From a virus: 64,000 nt of DNA. Of this stretch, positions 36,910-48,382 are shown one piece after another. The position numbers and the translations under genes are program-made. Under the pieces are notes generated by a model that was not told the DNA's origin, did not search any database, and saw only the letters and a program-made list of their open reading frames with translations. The stretch's first letter is position 1. The number at the start of each line of letters is the position of its first letter. The stretch lies in IMG/VR virus record IMGVR_UViG_3300045988_050969. One strand, given 5' to 3'.

Positions 36910-37661
36910 TACTTAGATTTAATTTCATTGAGTATCGCTAATTTAATATCTTGATTCTTTTTATCTTGTAAATAAGCAATAACATCATCGATACCATTAC
37001 CAATCAAATCTGTACCAAAGAAATATTGAGTACGATTCTTTCTAATAATGTTTTTAGCAATAGCTTCTTCAATAACAAAGTTAATTTCTTTATTTGGGTT
37101 TTCTACCCATTTCAGCATAAACTTTTCAGGAGAAGTCTCAACTTGTTCTGTAAGTTTAGCTTCAACTAATTCATTTGACATTGTATCTGATTTCATACCA
37201 TACAGACGTAAGCACTTACGCATATCTTCAATGGACATTTTATCGAGCTCACGATAAGCTTCACGTTTAACTTTATTAACACGATTAGCTTGTTCAGCTT
37301 CTGCATCTTTATTAATCAGTACATAATCTTTAGAAGGATTCATATTACTTAACCCATCTGCTACTCTTTTATGACCTTTAAGGAATAAGTATTGCAATTC
37401 ATCTAAAGGTTTCTCAGTATCAAGAATCAAATCTCTCTTACCGATTTTAACTGCAAAGGTAGTCCAAAAATCACTATTAGGAGCTAATTCACCTTCTTCT
37501 TTATTTAAGGCTTTTTCTAATCTACGAGCATCTTCTGAGCTCAAGCCAGTGTAGATATTACCAGATCTAGTCCAGTACGGGCCTACATAATCAAAAGTAG
37601 TAGGCCATTTAGTAAGTCCTGTCCAAGGATTTACTTTCATTATTCTAACGATTACTTCCAT
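36909..37661 (-). CDS. hypothetical protein (250 aa), TAG-free
   Basis: Intact track ORF with a TAA stop. The true start may be the internal MKVNPW. Confidence 0.65.
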   Translation of the reverse strand: MEVIVRIMKVNPWTGLTKWPTTFDYVGPYWTRSGNIYTGLSSEDARRLEKALNKEEGELAPNSDFWTTFAVKIGKRDLILDTEKPLDELQYLFLKGHKRVADGLSNMNPSKDYVLINKDAEAEQANRVNKVKREAYRELDKMSIEDMRKCLRLYGMKSDTMSNELVEAKLTEQVETSPEKFMLKWVENPNKEINFVIEEAIAKNIIRKNRTQYFFGTDLIGNGIDDVIAYLQDKKNQDIKLAILNEIKSK

Positions 37662-37689
37662 AATACTTTGTATTAGATTTATCCTGTTA

Positions 37690-38361
37690 TTAAGCGGCGA
37701 AATTCAAAGAATGATTGTTATACTCTTCTAATGTTATCTTTCTTATATAAACATTTTGTTTCTTCCATAATTTCGGAATATCTGGTTCACTGTATGTCCT
37801 AACTAAAGTTATAGTAGTATTATAAAACCTAGCACAATCTGCTTTAGATCTAAACACATTGATAACGTTGTTATCTACATCTAGTATGGCTACAGGTTGT
37901 TGACATTTTTCAACTAAATTCATTATATGATTATGCAACTTATCTGTAGTCTTACCTTTTCGTGTTTCCGACATCTTCTTTTTAGTTTCTTCAGATGCTT
38001 TTCTTCCAATAGCTTTTTGACGAATTTTATCTTTAGTTTCTTCAGAGTGCATTCTACCAAATGTTCTGTCTCCGCCTTCTGTTAAGTTATAACCTTTTTC
38101 TCTATTCATAGAGTCGTATTGCTTAATCCAATACTTTTCTTTTTCTTTTAACTCTTCATACGTATCAGCAAAATCAATTATTTCTAATGTAAAATTTTCT
38201 TCTCCGTATTTAGCCATTGAACGATGAATAGGAGCAGGTTCGCCAATGCGAGCTTCATACCAATGATGGCGATACCTCGCACCAGCGCCCTGATTAGTTA
38301 TTCCTATATAAACTTTTCCAGTAATCTTGTTAGTAATTTTATATACGTCGTTGCTTTTCAT
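37690..38361 (-). CDS. GIY-YIG homing endonuclease (free-standing), TAG-free
   Basis: N-terminus VYKITNKITGKVYIGITNQ...YRHHWY...EKGYNLTEGG matches the GIY-(10-11)-YIG, Arg and Glu core. C-terminal repeats SEETKDKIRQKAIGRK / SEETKKKMSETRKGK are NUMOD3-like DNA-binding repeats. Confidence 0.8.
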   Translation of the reverse strand: MKSNDVYKITNKITGKVYIGITNQGAGARYRHHWYEARIGEPAPIHRSMAKYGEENFTLEIIDFADTYEELKEKEKYWIKQYDSMNREKGYNLTEGGDRTFGRMHSEETKDKIRQKAIGRKASEETKKKMSETRKGKTTDKLHNHIMNLVEKCQQPVAILDVDNNVINVFRSKADCARFYNTTITLVRTYSEPDIPKLWKKQNVYIRKITLEEYNNHSLNFAA

Positions 38362-38455
38362 ACAATATATCTTTGTTTGGTATATTATATATAACGTACA
38401 AAATACAAAAAAGTTACTCGAAAATTAGTTAAATTTTATTTAATTGATGCTCGAC

Positions 38456-39919
38456 TTACTCTAAAATGAGCTCTCCGCAAGCTCTAGGATCTCGTAACAT
38501 TATACCCATTTCACCAAGGAAGAATACGGTGTAGCCGTCCTTACCATTAGATCTCAAGGTATCCTTAGACTTAGCATAACCAGACGGAGCAACAGCACCA
38601 CCAGTGTACCAAGTTACGAATTCACGATCCTTACGAACTACTTTAACGATATTAGCTTCACCATCACGACGACCAAGATCCAAGAAAGTCATACGATATG
38701 ATTCCTTCGGCTTCAAGGTTACAGGATGCAACTCACGATTATAAGTAGGATCGTCATACAACGGGAAATATTTCAAAGTCAACTCGATGCCATTAGTCAT
38801 CTTGTAAGTCTTGAACTAACCGCCAAAAGTCAAGTTATCACCAGAACCAGTTACAAATACTGTATCCATTAAGTTCATAGTAGCTACTTTTTCTTTCAAG
38901 ATACGGTCAAATTCACGCATACCCATTTCACCAGTCAAGGCAACAAACTTACGTTCATTAGTACCCAGGCAGTTATAAGACAGGTCAAACAAGAAGTCTT
39001 CCAACATCTCACCAGTCAAGTGAGTGTAGTAACGTCTATTAGACGGAGCAATCTGTTCCAACAGACCAGCACCGATAAATACCGGACGACCGTTAGTACC
39101 CTTCAGATTACAAGAACCATCTTTGTTAACATTAGTCTTCATATAAACGAGCATACGTTCACATCTCTTGTACCATTCACGTAAAGCTTTCCATTCCTGA
39201 TAATCAGCCCACAGATAAGAAGTCTTGCCAGTAGCAGGATCTTTCAAAGCTATTGCCATTACTGTAGAATAAGCTGAACCAGTAATATCATAGTTAACAC
39301 GAATAGTAGTAAGATAGTTACGCATCTTGAAGTGAGTGTTGTAGTTCAAGATATCACCCTCTTCACTGTATTCTTCATATGCAGAAGCAAGACGAGATAC
39401 CTGTTTTCCAGCTTCAAGATATTCAGAAGGAATATAGGAAGTAGGCTGACCATCTGCTACAAAGCAGGTATATACCCACAGATTACCATCTTGATAGGGA
39501 GCACCTGATACACGTACTTGGAACTCTCTGTTATCAAATTCGAGAATAGCACCAGGACCAAACCAATTATCTTCTAACCATAACATGATAGGAGTGTTAC
39601 CCAAACCTGCAGTAGAAGTAGCAGTAATAGCTGCGCCATTCCATTTAGCGTCTCTAATTGTTACGGCTCTGTCATTATCAACCATTACAGACCATTCAAA
39701 AGAAGGCTGATCAATTGTCATTACATTGCCAAGACCACCTGTCAACATATCCAAAGAAGTGCTATAACCACTATCTTTTGTACCAAATACGTAAGACAAG
39801 ATAGTAGACACCTGATACGGATTCTGCTGAGAAGCTACTGAAATCTTAGCAGTATCAATCAAGTCGGAAAACCACTTACCTTTGTAGAGTTGAAGGTTAT
39901 TAAGAATATTGTTATCCAT
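38456..39919 (-). CDS. major capsid protein candidate (487 aa, one TAG)
   Basis: Track ORFs 38816..39919 and 38456..38800 are co-framed and joined by TAG 38816-38818. Size, strong codon bias and position downstream of the portal and the acidic scaffold-like gene support the call. Function is inferred from context only. Confidence 0.55.
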
Positions 39920-39959
39920 AAAAATACTAGTAATTTAATTTTTTAATTATTTAATTTTA

Positions 39960-41183
39960 TTATGCGACACGTAGTTGTCGTGCGAAAGCATCCCAGATAG
40001 ATGAGTTGCTATCGTTATTTATCACTTGCCTTTTAGATTTCTTAGATACTCCACTATTTCTAGATAGTGTATTCTTGAAATTATCAATAGCATCTTTTTT
40101 ACCTTTCTTCTTAGCTATATCAATTAAGGCATCACCTTTCATTGTAAAGTAAGCAGAAGTGATTAAATTCTTAAGGCTTTTAGCATAATCTTTCTAGTAT
40201 CTAGTAATGCCATCTGCATCCGGTTTGAATATGTATTCCAACAGGGCTTTCTTATCCTTTTCAGGAATATCAATTCCATAGATACTATCCATGCCTTTTA
40301 TTTCTGTGACAACGTTATTAAAGAAGTCACGTTGTTGCTTTTCAGCCTCTCTAGCCTATTTTTCCTGGTTGGCTAATAGCTCTTCTTTACGTGCAACTTT
40401 GATGTCTCTAAGAGCCTCTAAAGCGTCTGTAGCCTCGTCCTCTAATAGGCCTGCTTCTTCATATTTGTTAAGTTTCTTTTCAATTTGTTTTGAAGTAAAG
40501 CCTTTTTCTTTTAAAAATTCTTTAATGACCAGTTTTTGATTTACTTCATCATCTTCTATCTCGATATTATCAATATCAAGATCAGCATCGATACTAAAAT
40601 AATCTTTAAGCTTACCTCCATTATGAACAAATTTATCAAGCTTTTCTACTTCCTCGCTAGCATACTGAGGAGTAGAATTTTCTTCTATTACCTCTTTAAA
40701 GTAATCAATTAGATCTTCAGCAGTTCTAGGCTTTTCGTCATCTTCTACGTCATCCCATCCTAATTGTGTTGCTAACGAATCGAAGAATCCTACAATTATT
40801 TCTTCATCACTTGTATCATTTCCACCATCGGTATTATCACTATTAGATTCTTGTTCCCTATCCTCATCCTCATCTTCATTAGTTTCTGTATTTTCAGATT
40901 TGGATTTCTTTTGAGTTTTAGTAGTTTTTTTAGGTTTAGATGTAACATCTTCATCTTCATCTTCCTCTTCAGGATCTTCGTCTTCAAGCTCATCGTCTTC
41001 TACTTTAGTTGTTTTCTTAGGTTTAGGATTACGTAACGCCTCTAACTCTTCATCAGTTAGTTCTTCTGCTGCTGCATCAATTACGTCAGTATCGTTGTCT
41101 TCTGTTTTAGTCTTAGTACCTACATGAGGGTTTAAGGTATCTAATATAGCCTCAAAACCATTCAATGTGTTCTTTGCTTCCAT
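39960..41183 (-). CDS. acidic scaffolding-like protein (407 aa, TAG-sense)
   Basis: Track ORFs 40356..41183 and 39960..40142 are co-framed, with TAG at 40356-40358 plus one more. Long Asp/Glu runs (EDDELEDEDPEEEDEDED). Confidence 0.55.
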
Positions 41184-41201
41184 AATTATATATAATTAGA
41201 T

Positions 41202-41411
41202 TTATTTTTTTCTTCCTTTATGTTTCCATTTTTTCGCATTCTAAGCGAAGATAGCTCGCTTACGAGTCAATGGATTCTTACTATGAGTAAGTTCTTCTGT
41301 ACTTTTACCTGTTCTCTTCTTCAAAGCATTAAACTTACCTCTATTCTTCTTCTTTATATGTATCCCTCCATCTTTATAACTTGGTATTGGATACTGCGGT
41401 ATTATTGTCAT
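41202..41411 (-). CDS. small basic protein (69 aa, one TAG)
   Basis: MTIIPQYPIPSYKDGGIHIKKKNRGKF...RKRAIFA-TAG-NAKKWKHKGRKKK, with a TAA stop. Found by hand; shorter than the track cutoff once split. Confidence 0.4.
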
Positions 41412-41498
41412 AACTGTTAAACAATCTCTTGATTCTTGTTTTTATTTACCTTATTTACTAAAGGTCTAGTTAGAAAATCTTTATATAATACACTTGGT

Positions 41499-42539
41499 TT
41501 AGGGAGCTGATTCTATAACCTATCTAAACTATTTAGTATTAGTAGGATAAGTACTAGGAGTTAATGTATTCATCAAGTACTCATCAAACTAATTCATAAT
41601 ACTTTTCTTTTCTGTAGGCTTACGCAAATATTCATATACACTTTTAGCTCTGTCTTTATCTGGAAACATATGCTCCACTTCAGAGAATGGTCTGTACTTA
41701 CTTGGTTTACCTAACTATCTTAAGTATGCATTATTTGGTACTCCTCCGGGATAAGCTTTCTCATCTACATAATGACCTATTTCATGTCTTATTAATCCTT
41801 TAGGATAGTCTTCTGCAGTTCTAATATTATCTGTAGACAGATTTATAGTTTTACCTTCAGATGGATTAATGTTAGCATAATCTTTTTTATTTGATACAAA
41901 ATTAGGTTCAGGCAAGTTAACATAACTATTTATATCTTCATATTCTTTAGTTAAGTCATCGTATACTTTATTATATTCAGTACCGTACTTTCTATCAATA
42001 GTCTATGCCCTTCTTCTAGCTTCTGGAGTATTTAATAATTCATATGCTCTATTACGCTGATCAGAATATTCTTCTAATACTCGTCTTCTATTGTTGTTTT
42101 CTAAATCTCTTCTAAGATCATTAGCATCAACCTATCTTTGAAAACTTCTAGTAACAGTAGGAATCTCCCTTGAAATTTTGCTTTTAAGAGATTTATATAT
42201 ATTAGGTATAAAAGGAATCATAGCTGAAGCAGCCAAACCAGCACCTAACCAATCTCTATTCTTTACTGCATTATAAGTATCTCTAGCTGATATAGCATCA
42301 CCAATAGGAGTCATATTAGCAGCATCTTCAAGACTAAATACAGGCTTTAAACCTTCTTCTAAAGGTCTACCACTACTACTTCTACCTGTAGCTTGATAAA
42401 ATCTCTCCTTCTCAGGATCACCTGTCTGACCACCATCTGCAAATGCTTCTACCTTCCAATCCCAATAGCCTTTACCGGGATTATTCTCCCGGTAAGACTT
42501 TAGGTTCTGCATTCTCTATTTAAATGCTTGTTTATCCAT
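41499..42539 (-). CDS. putative zinc metalloprotease (HEIGH motif) (346 aa, TAG-sense)
   Basis: Track ORFs 42132..42512 and 41715..41915 are co-framed. Contains GLIRHEIGHYVDE (HExxH). First in-frame non-TAG stop is TAA 41499-41501. Confidence 0.5.
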
Positions 42540-42789
42540 ATATAAAATCTGTAAAATTTCTTTTACCTAAGAATTGTTGTCCATTCATGTAAATCTCAGC
42601 TTCTTGAGAAGATTCAGATATGCAAATAGTAATTATATCTTTTTTAAATATTCTAGTATCCAAAGGAGTACCTATAAAGAACATTATATACTATTGTACT
42701 TCATCTTCATCCTACTCTACGAATCCGTTATCTAATAGTCTCTATATAAACAATTCAATTCTTTCTTTAACAGTAGGTTCTCGTTCCAT
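42532..42789 (-). CDS. hypothetical protein (85 aa, three TAG)
   Basis: Hand translation gives MEREPTVKERIELFI...FTDFIYG. Its TAA overlaps the start of 41499..42539. Confidence 0.4.
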
Positions 42790-42794
42790 AACTA

Positions 42795-42854
42795 TTATTT
42801 CTTTCCGCCTTTACCCTTCTTAGAGCTACCGGATTTCTTACCTCCACATGCCAT
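42795..42854 (-). CDS. possible 19-aa Lys/Gly-rich peptide
   Basis: MACGGKKSGSSKKGKGGKK, preceded by AGGAGG 8 nt upstream. Very short and speculative. Confidence 0.25.
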   Translation of the reverse strand: MACGGKKSGSSKKGKGGKK

Positions 42855-42869
42855 AATTAATTCCTCCTA

Positions 42870-43334
42870 TTATTTAATTGTTTTAAGATATTGTCTCCAA
42901 TTTTTCTTATTAGCCTTATAAGTCTTCTTTCTATCCTTAATCTTATATTTATCAAGATCTTCAGGCTTACGTGTTTTCAGATAATCAAAGTTATCATCAT
43001 TAGCATAAGCTTCCATTTCATAAGGAATAGTATAGTAAGCACTAGATGCAGGATAGATAATCGGATTACCTTTAATCCATTCCCATGCATAAGACCAATA
43101 ATAACTTATCCATCTCTTTTTATCTTTAGCTTCATAGAGATGAATATTTTCATGATTCCAAGTAGTAGGCTTAATCTGAGATTCAGGTTTTCTACTTAAC
43201 AAGTAACCACACCAGCTCATTGCAGAATAACCACTAAATGGATAATGGTCCATATGCTTATACTCTACTTTGTCTGCTTCTACTTTAGTGAATAACTATT
43301 TGATTATCCACCACGTTTCTTTAAACCAATTCAT
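42870..43334 (-). CDS. small HExxH-motif protein (154 aa, one TAG)
   Basis: Track ORF 42870..43253 extended through one TAG to ATG 43332-43334. Contains WNHENIHLYE (HExxH). Confidence 0.5.
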
Positions 43335-43336
43335 AA

Positions 43337-45847
43337 TTATTTCTCTCCTGTTACTTTATTCTTAATCGCAGTTTTGGCTTTTAATCTTTCTCTTTCCATT
43401 GCTGCCTTGTCTTTAGCTGCTTGCAACTTCATTTCATGATCCATTCTTTCTCTTTCAAGCTAATTCTTCTTATCTTCTATCTCTTTTTTCATTTTCTGCT
43501 CTCTAATCTTAGCATTGAATTCAAATTGTTTAGAAGCTTCATCAGATGCTTGCTTACGTTCAGCTAAAGCTTGCTGGGCTATTTCCATGACATCAGGTAC
43601 ACCATTCTCATTCTAATCCATATTTTCAGCACCTCTATAAGCATTAAGTTGAGCTACAGTAATCTTAGTAGCATTATCTTGGTCTATTTTATATTTCTCA
43701 AGATCCATCTCTGCCTCTTTAATCATAAGCTCTTCTTCCTTAACCTCATTTTGCATTTGAATAGCTTGCTGTTCACGTTCTGCTTGAGCTTGCTCCATAG
43801 CTTGTTGTTGCTCCATACGTTTCTACTCAATCTCCTCTAATCTAGACTTAATCATACTAATATTATCCATAGTAATGATTTCGGCTATATCGAGTAAGCT
43901 AGCTCCATTCTGCATAGCAGGTTGCATAAGTTGTTTAAGAGCTTCTACTTGTTGTTGATTCTTAGTAGTATCATCAATGAATATATCCATGTCTTCATAG
44001 AAGAACTCATCAGAAAGAGTTATAAATGCTCTAGTAGCATCATCAAGGATATAATGTAAGCATCTTTTATTATCTTTCCATGCTACTTTAGAAGTATCTA
44101 ATAACATAGTAAGAGCTTCTTTCTTTACTTGATTATGAACCCAGAACCAAGGTTCAGTAATATGAGCTGACTATACTATAGATCTCTCTACATTACCTAC
44201 TAATTCATTAGATGCAACAGAACCTTCACGCTATTTACTTACTCCTGATATTTCTGATACCATAGCTTCAATCTTATCCATAAGATTAATATACTAATCA
44301 ATAGTATTAGCCATAGTAAGATCCAATGAAGTAAATTGATTGAACTGAGATGGCTTACCACCTTCTCTACCGGGTATATCCCATCCTTCTTCGTATGGAT
44401 TAATAAATACTACACCAAGAGCACCTAAGTAATGCATCCATTTATTCACATCTATGCCCATAGATTTAGGTATCTAAGTAACGTCAATAACAGGTACTTT
44501 ACCTTTATCTCTAGCCATAGCGAGTTCTAGTCTGTACCATAGTACAATATACATATACTGCAATGGTTTCATCATACTTACCAAAGATCTAGGAGCACTA
44601 TTAGTATTATTGTATACAACTCCTGTATAAGGTAATTTTTGAGAATTAAGATTATCAGCAGATATGTGTTGGTATTCTAGTGGTTGTATACCTATATATA
44701 AGTCTTCTCCAACTCTATAACCTTCCCATACCTCTATAATCCAAGTCCATTCAACGTTCAACTCCATACCAGTAACCTTGTAGGACTCGTCTACTTGTAA
44801 CTCATCAATTTCTCCAGTATTAGGATCTTGATAAGTAACGAAACCTATTTTCTTAAATGACTTCCAACAGCAATGCCAAACATTAATGTTATCAGACCCT
44901 TCAAACGGATTTGAAGTTAACCCATTAATAGTTCTTGTTTTTAAGTGAGGATAATCCATAGATGTCTTACGTACTTCAGGATTAATGCCTCCCCTGCTTA
45001 CATCATCTACCATTTCAAGCAATTCATTTAATTGCTTTTCTGTCATTTTATCATAGAATCTATCATAAATTTCTGTAGCTGACATAATCATCTTACGGCA
45101 ACACCAATCAGAGTCATGAATGAATTCTAAGTCTGCGCTCTAGTCATAACTAAAGTAAAGAGGATTAACTCGTTCTAAATAAGGATTACCATTTATAATA
45201 CCAATATAGTATATTTCTTCTCCAGCTATCAACGCGTCCTTCCAACCTTTATAAAACTCATGAACTACATTAAGTTTATTCTTAAGATAATTAAGGCTAT
45301 GATATGCTGTTACTTCTGCTATATCCTTATAATCCTTACTTAGATATTTCTATATCTTTTCTGGAGGTAATATTTCACCATTCTGTAATGCTTGTTGATA
45401 TCTCTAAGCCTCTTCAGGGCCTAACTGACTCATAATAGTAGCCATTACATAATCTTCAAGCATTTGTTTAGCAGTATCCTGTACTTCACTAGTAGCTATA
45501 TCACTAGTACGTACTACTCTAAAATTAAATGGTCTTTTTGTTTCTTCACCTAATAATAAGTCTATTTTAGGCTTAATTATATTATAATCCTATGCTGTGG
45601 CAGGGAATCCATCTTTCTATTTAAAAGGATTTGTAACATACAAAAGATCTTTCTCATTATAGATACTATTGTATAAATCATAGTAAGTCTACATCTCCTC
45701 ATATCTAGTACGCCCATTTCTACCGCCTCCACTATTAAAGCCTGACTTACCTATTATATAGTCAACACAGGCTTCTTTCCAATCTTTAGTCTTTTTAGAC
45801 ATAGGAAGTTTTTGCACAGGAAATGAACCAATATTTCTACTTATCAT
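43337..45847 (-). CDS. portal protein candidate (836 aa, TAG-sense)
   Basis: Track ORFs 44474..45091, 43823..44107 and 43613..43816 are co-framed. ATG 45845-45847 is 7 nt below the terminase stop; TAA at 43337-43339. Total is exactly 837 codons. Charged coiled-coil C-terminus. Size and position next to TerL support the call. Confidence 0.6.
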
Positions 45848-45853
45848 ATTCTG

Positions 45854-47899
45854 TTAATTAAATGTATATACATCGTCATCGACTTGACTGAAGCTATCGT
45901 CATAACTCCAGTTACCATAAGTAAAGAGAGGACCGTCGAATAATAATCTCTCTCTGTTAGTTTTTTTCTTCTCTTTTACAACTACATTATATAGCTGTTC
46001 ACGATAAATCATTACCTGCATCAACGCCATCACACGGTCAAAGTTACCTATATCATTATAACCTATAAGCTCTTCTAATAGCGGTTCTGATAATATATCG
46101 TGTAGGTTTTTATGCCCTGGAGATTTCTCATCATTTAACCAATCTTTGATGAGTCCTTCACCCCATTGTTTAATCTGTTTATTCATGTGACAACCTTTCT
46201 TTCGTTGCACCTTAGAATTGCTGATGATATCAGATATAATATCTGGCTAATCAGCCAAAAGATAGTCACAATGCTTAGCAGTAAAGTATGGAAACAAACC
46301 TTTACGCTCATTTTCATACATAATTCTGCCATTATAATAAACTGCGAGTTTACGTAAGTTTTCATAATATTCCTCTGCTGTAGCAGGCCTTCCTGTATAC
46401 TCAGCTACTATTATATCATAGTAGTTTTCAAAGTTCTAAAATCTCTTATATACAAAAGTAGATCCTAATGAGTTAGTACCCGATTGATCATGATCATAAG
46501 GGTCTACTCCAAGTATATATAAACCGATAGGAGCATCCTTTACAGGGTGTTCCCATATAACTATAGAACCAGTAGGATCATCCTCTTTAGATAAAGGATA
46601 ATGAGTAATATCACCTTGTTTTTTTATTACCCATTTAAGACTACCATCTGATTCCCATACTAAATCACCTATCTATTTGTGATTTGATAATTTCTTATTC
46701 GTACGTATTTTAGCTAGTTGTTCTTGTAATTCTTTTTTAGGGAATATATTACCATTAAATTCTAGACATGCTTCAGCTGGAGTAATACAACGTTCCGCTA
46801 CATAACGGTCTACTGCTACAGAACTAGTAGCATTCTCTATTACGTCTTTACGCTGTTGTAATACGTATTCTAAAGCTTTATGTCTTATAGTATTACCGTC
46901 ATTATCCATATACATACGATTTCCCTACTCATCTCGTATGTCCATGTTTGTATACTAAGGTATGAAGAATCCACATTTAGTATCTCCTACATTCTCATCC
47001 CATATGTTATCAAGCTCTAAACAATTATAACCTTTAGGCTTATAAAACATATCTTTAAGAGTAAAGAAGTTAGAATCTTCATCACCACCAGTACCAAATG
47101 CAATCATAGTAGCAAATGCTCTACCATCATTCTCTACAGAAGGTCTAGCGATTTGCCATGCTGCGCCTAATTCTTTAAATGAACCAGCTTCTTCAAATAG
47201 AATAAGGTTAGCTTTCTTACCACGTACTACATCAGGATTGTCTTTCAAAGTAACCCCAATAATTTCAGATTTATAACCTACTTCTATTTGATTACCATAC
47301 TCATCCTTCATACTTACTGCAGCGCGTTTACGTAATTGAGTATTTACAGCTCTTTTCTTACCCCACGCAGTATGTTCATCTATAAAGTCTAAGTAGTCCC
47401 AAGCTTTAGTAAGAATACCATCATCTGTTAAATATTGCTTATTTGAAGCATATACATATGATTTAGAGTTAGGTATAAGATAGTAATTACGACATAACAT
47501 AGCAGCTCCTTTATAGGAGTAACCTTTACGTCTAGACTTAAGTACACATAAATGTTTACCCTATTTATGAGCTTCATTTACTGCATTAAAATAGTAATAA
47601 TCATAGTCCCAAAAATCAGGAAATGTAACCAACTACTCTGATACTACTTCCCCATTTACTATACTATTGACAGTACGGTTAATAGGACAATAATTTAAAT
47701 AAAAATAGTTATACCCACTAATGAAATCACCATCATCAGCTGTATAACCATTAATACAACGTTCCTTTTCCTCTGTCCAGAAACGCATATATTCTGCCGT
47801 ACCTTTGGGGTGTGGACAGTATTGACCTGTTCTAATATATGTAAGAGCAGGCTATCTAAACTTATTACTATTTACTATCTTCTTATTAAAGTCGACCAT
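45854..47899 (-). CDS. terL: terminase large subunit (681 aa, TAG-sense)
   Basis: Track ORFs 46955..47500, 46673..46915 and 45854..46210 are co-framed. Motifs VLKSRRKGYSYK (Walker A region), ANLILFEEAGSF (Walker B/coupling), IAFGTGGD and LGVDPYDHD (nuclease Asp). ATG 47897-47899; TAA 45854-45856. Confidence 0.7.
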
Positions 47900-48104
47900 T
47901 TCTCTTCTTTGTTCTAGTGAGACTGATTAAAGCTTCTTTTATAGTCTTTTCTGTAATCTTACTGTACACAGTACTGTTGGCGATATCGAATTGACAAATA
48001 ATACCATTACCGGCAGCCTTCCATATCTCCGGAGTAATTTGGTATCCATCAAGCTCATCCTGCATAGCAAGGAAAGTTACATTCTTACCTCTAAGTTTAT
48101 CCAT
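47886..48104 (-). CDS. small protein upstream of terL (possible small terminase or DNA-binding), TAG-free
   Basis: Intact 72-aa track ORF. Overlaps the terL start by 14 nt. Confidence 0.45.
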   Translation of the reverse strand: MDKLRGKNVTFLAMQDELDGYQITPEIWKAAGNGIICQFDIANSTVYSKITEKTIKEALISLTRTKKRNGRL

Positions 48105-48125
48105 GTTCGTGCGTTTTATAATTGA

Positions 48126-48153
48126 AAGGGGCGCGTTTCACAACGAACCCCTT
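48126..48153 (-). terminator. GC hairpin, possible terminator of the tRNA/ncRNA transcript
   Basis: AAGGGG...CCCCTT with a 16-nt loop, followed by a weak T-tract on the minus strand. Confidence 0.35.
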
Positions 48154-48199
48154 CTATTGAGATAATAATTTATAACTTAAAATTCTTTAATTATGAAAA

Positions 48200-48345
48200 A
48201 TATATGTTGGGGAGATTTCCAGTGACTGCAACCTAGTTTCTTAAGCTAGGGATTTATACGCCTTATGTTTAGTACTCCCCACCTGGGCTAACGTTTACCC
48301 CAGACTACCTGTTCGTGATAACTACCTATCCAACAAGTTTCCTTC
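48200..48345 (-). ncRNA. structured non-coding segment downstream of the suppressor tRNA (tRNA-like stems, not a canonical tRNA)
   Basis: Minus strand has CTGGG-GTAAACGTTAG-CCCAG, then TGGGGAG...CTCCCCA (7 bp) enclosing CCTAG-CTTAAGAAA-CTAGG (9-nt loop) and CAGT-C-ACTG. No T-loop consensus and no ORF. Confidence 0.35.
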
Positions 48346-48382
48346 TGCTATTGTAATTTCAAAGGACTAGTGTTTTAATTTG

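Noticed and set aside
10862-36911. Possible reassignment of TGA or TAA instead of, or in addition to, TAG
   Set aside because: TGA and TAA occur precisely at gene ends with ATGA/TAATG overlaps (10862, 12246, 21985, 24132, 36909). They never appeared inside the merged frames I translated.
1-48104. Fragmented minus-strand ORFs could indicate a decayed prophage full of pseudogenes or a poor assembly
   Set aside because: Interruptions are exclusively TAG, never frameshifts. Fragments stay in frame over up to 4 kb. Rebuilt genes have clean ATG starts, TAA/TGA ends and start-stop overlaps, and a matching CUA tRNA is encoded.
48205-48280. A second canonical tRNA downstream of tRNA-Sup
   Set aside because: A 7-bp acceptor-like helix exists, but there is no T-loop consensus, the putative anticodon loop has 9 nt and the T arm cannot form. 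It is reported only as a structured RNA.
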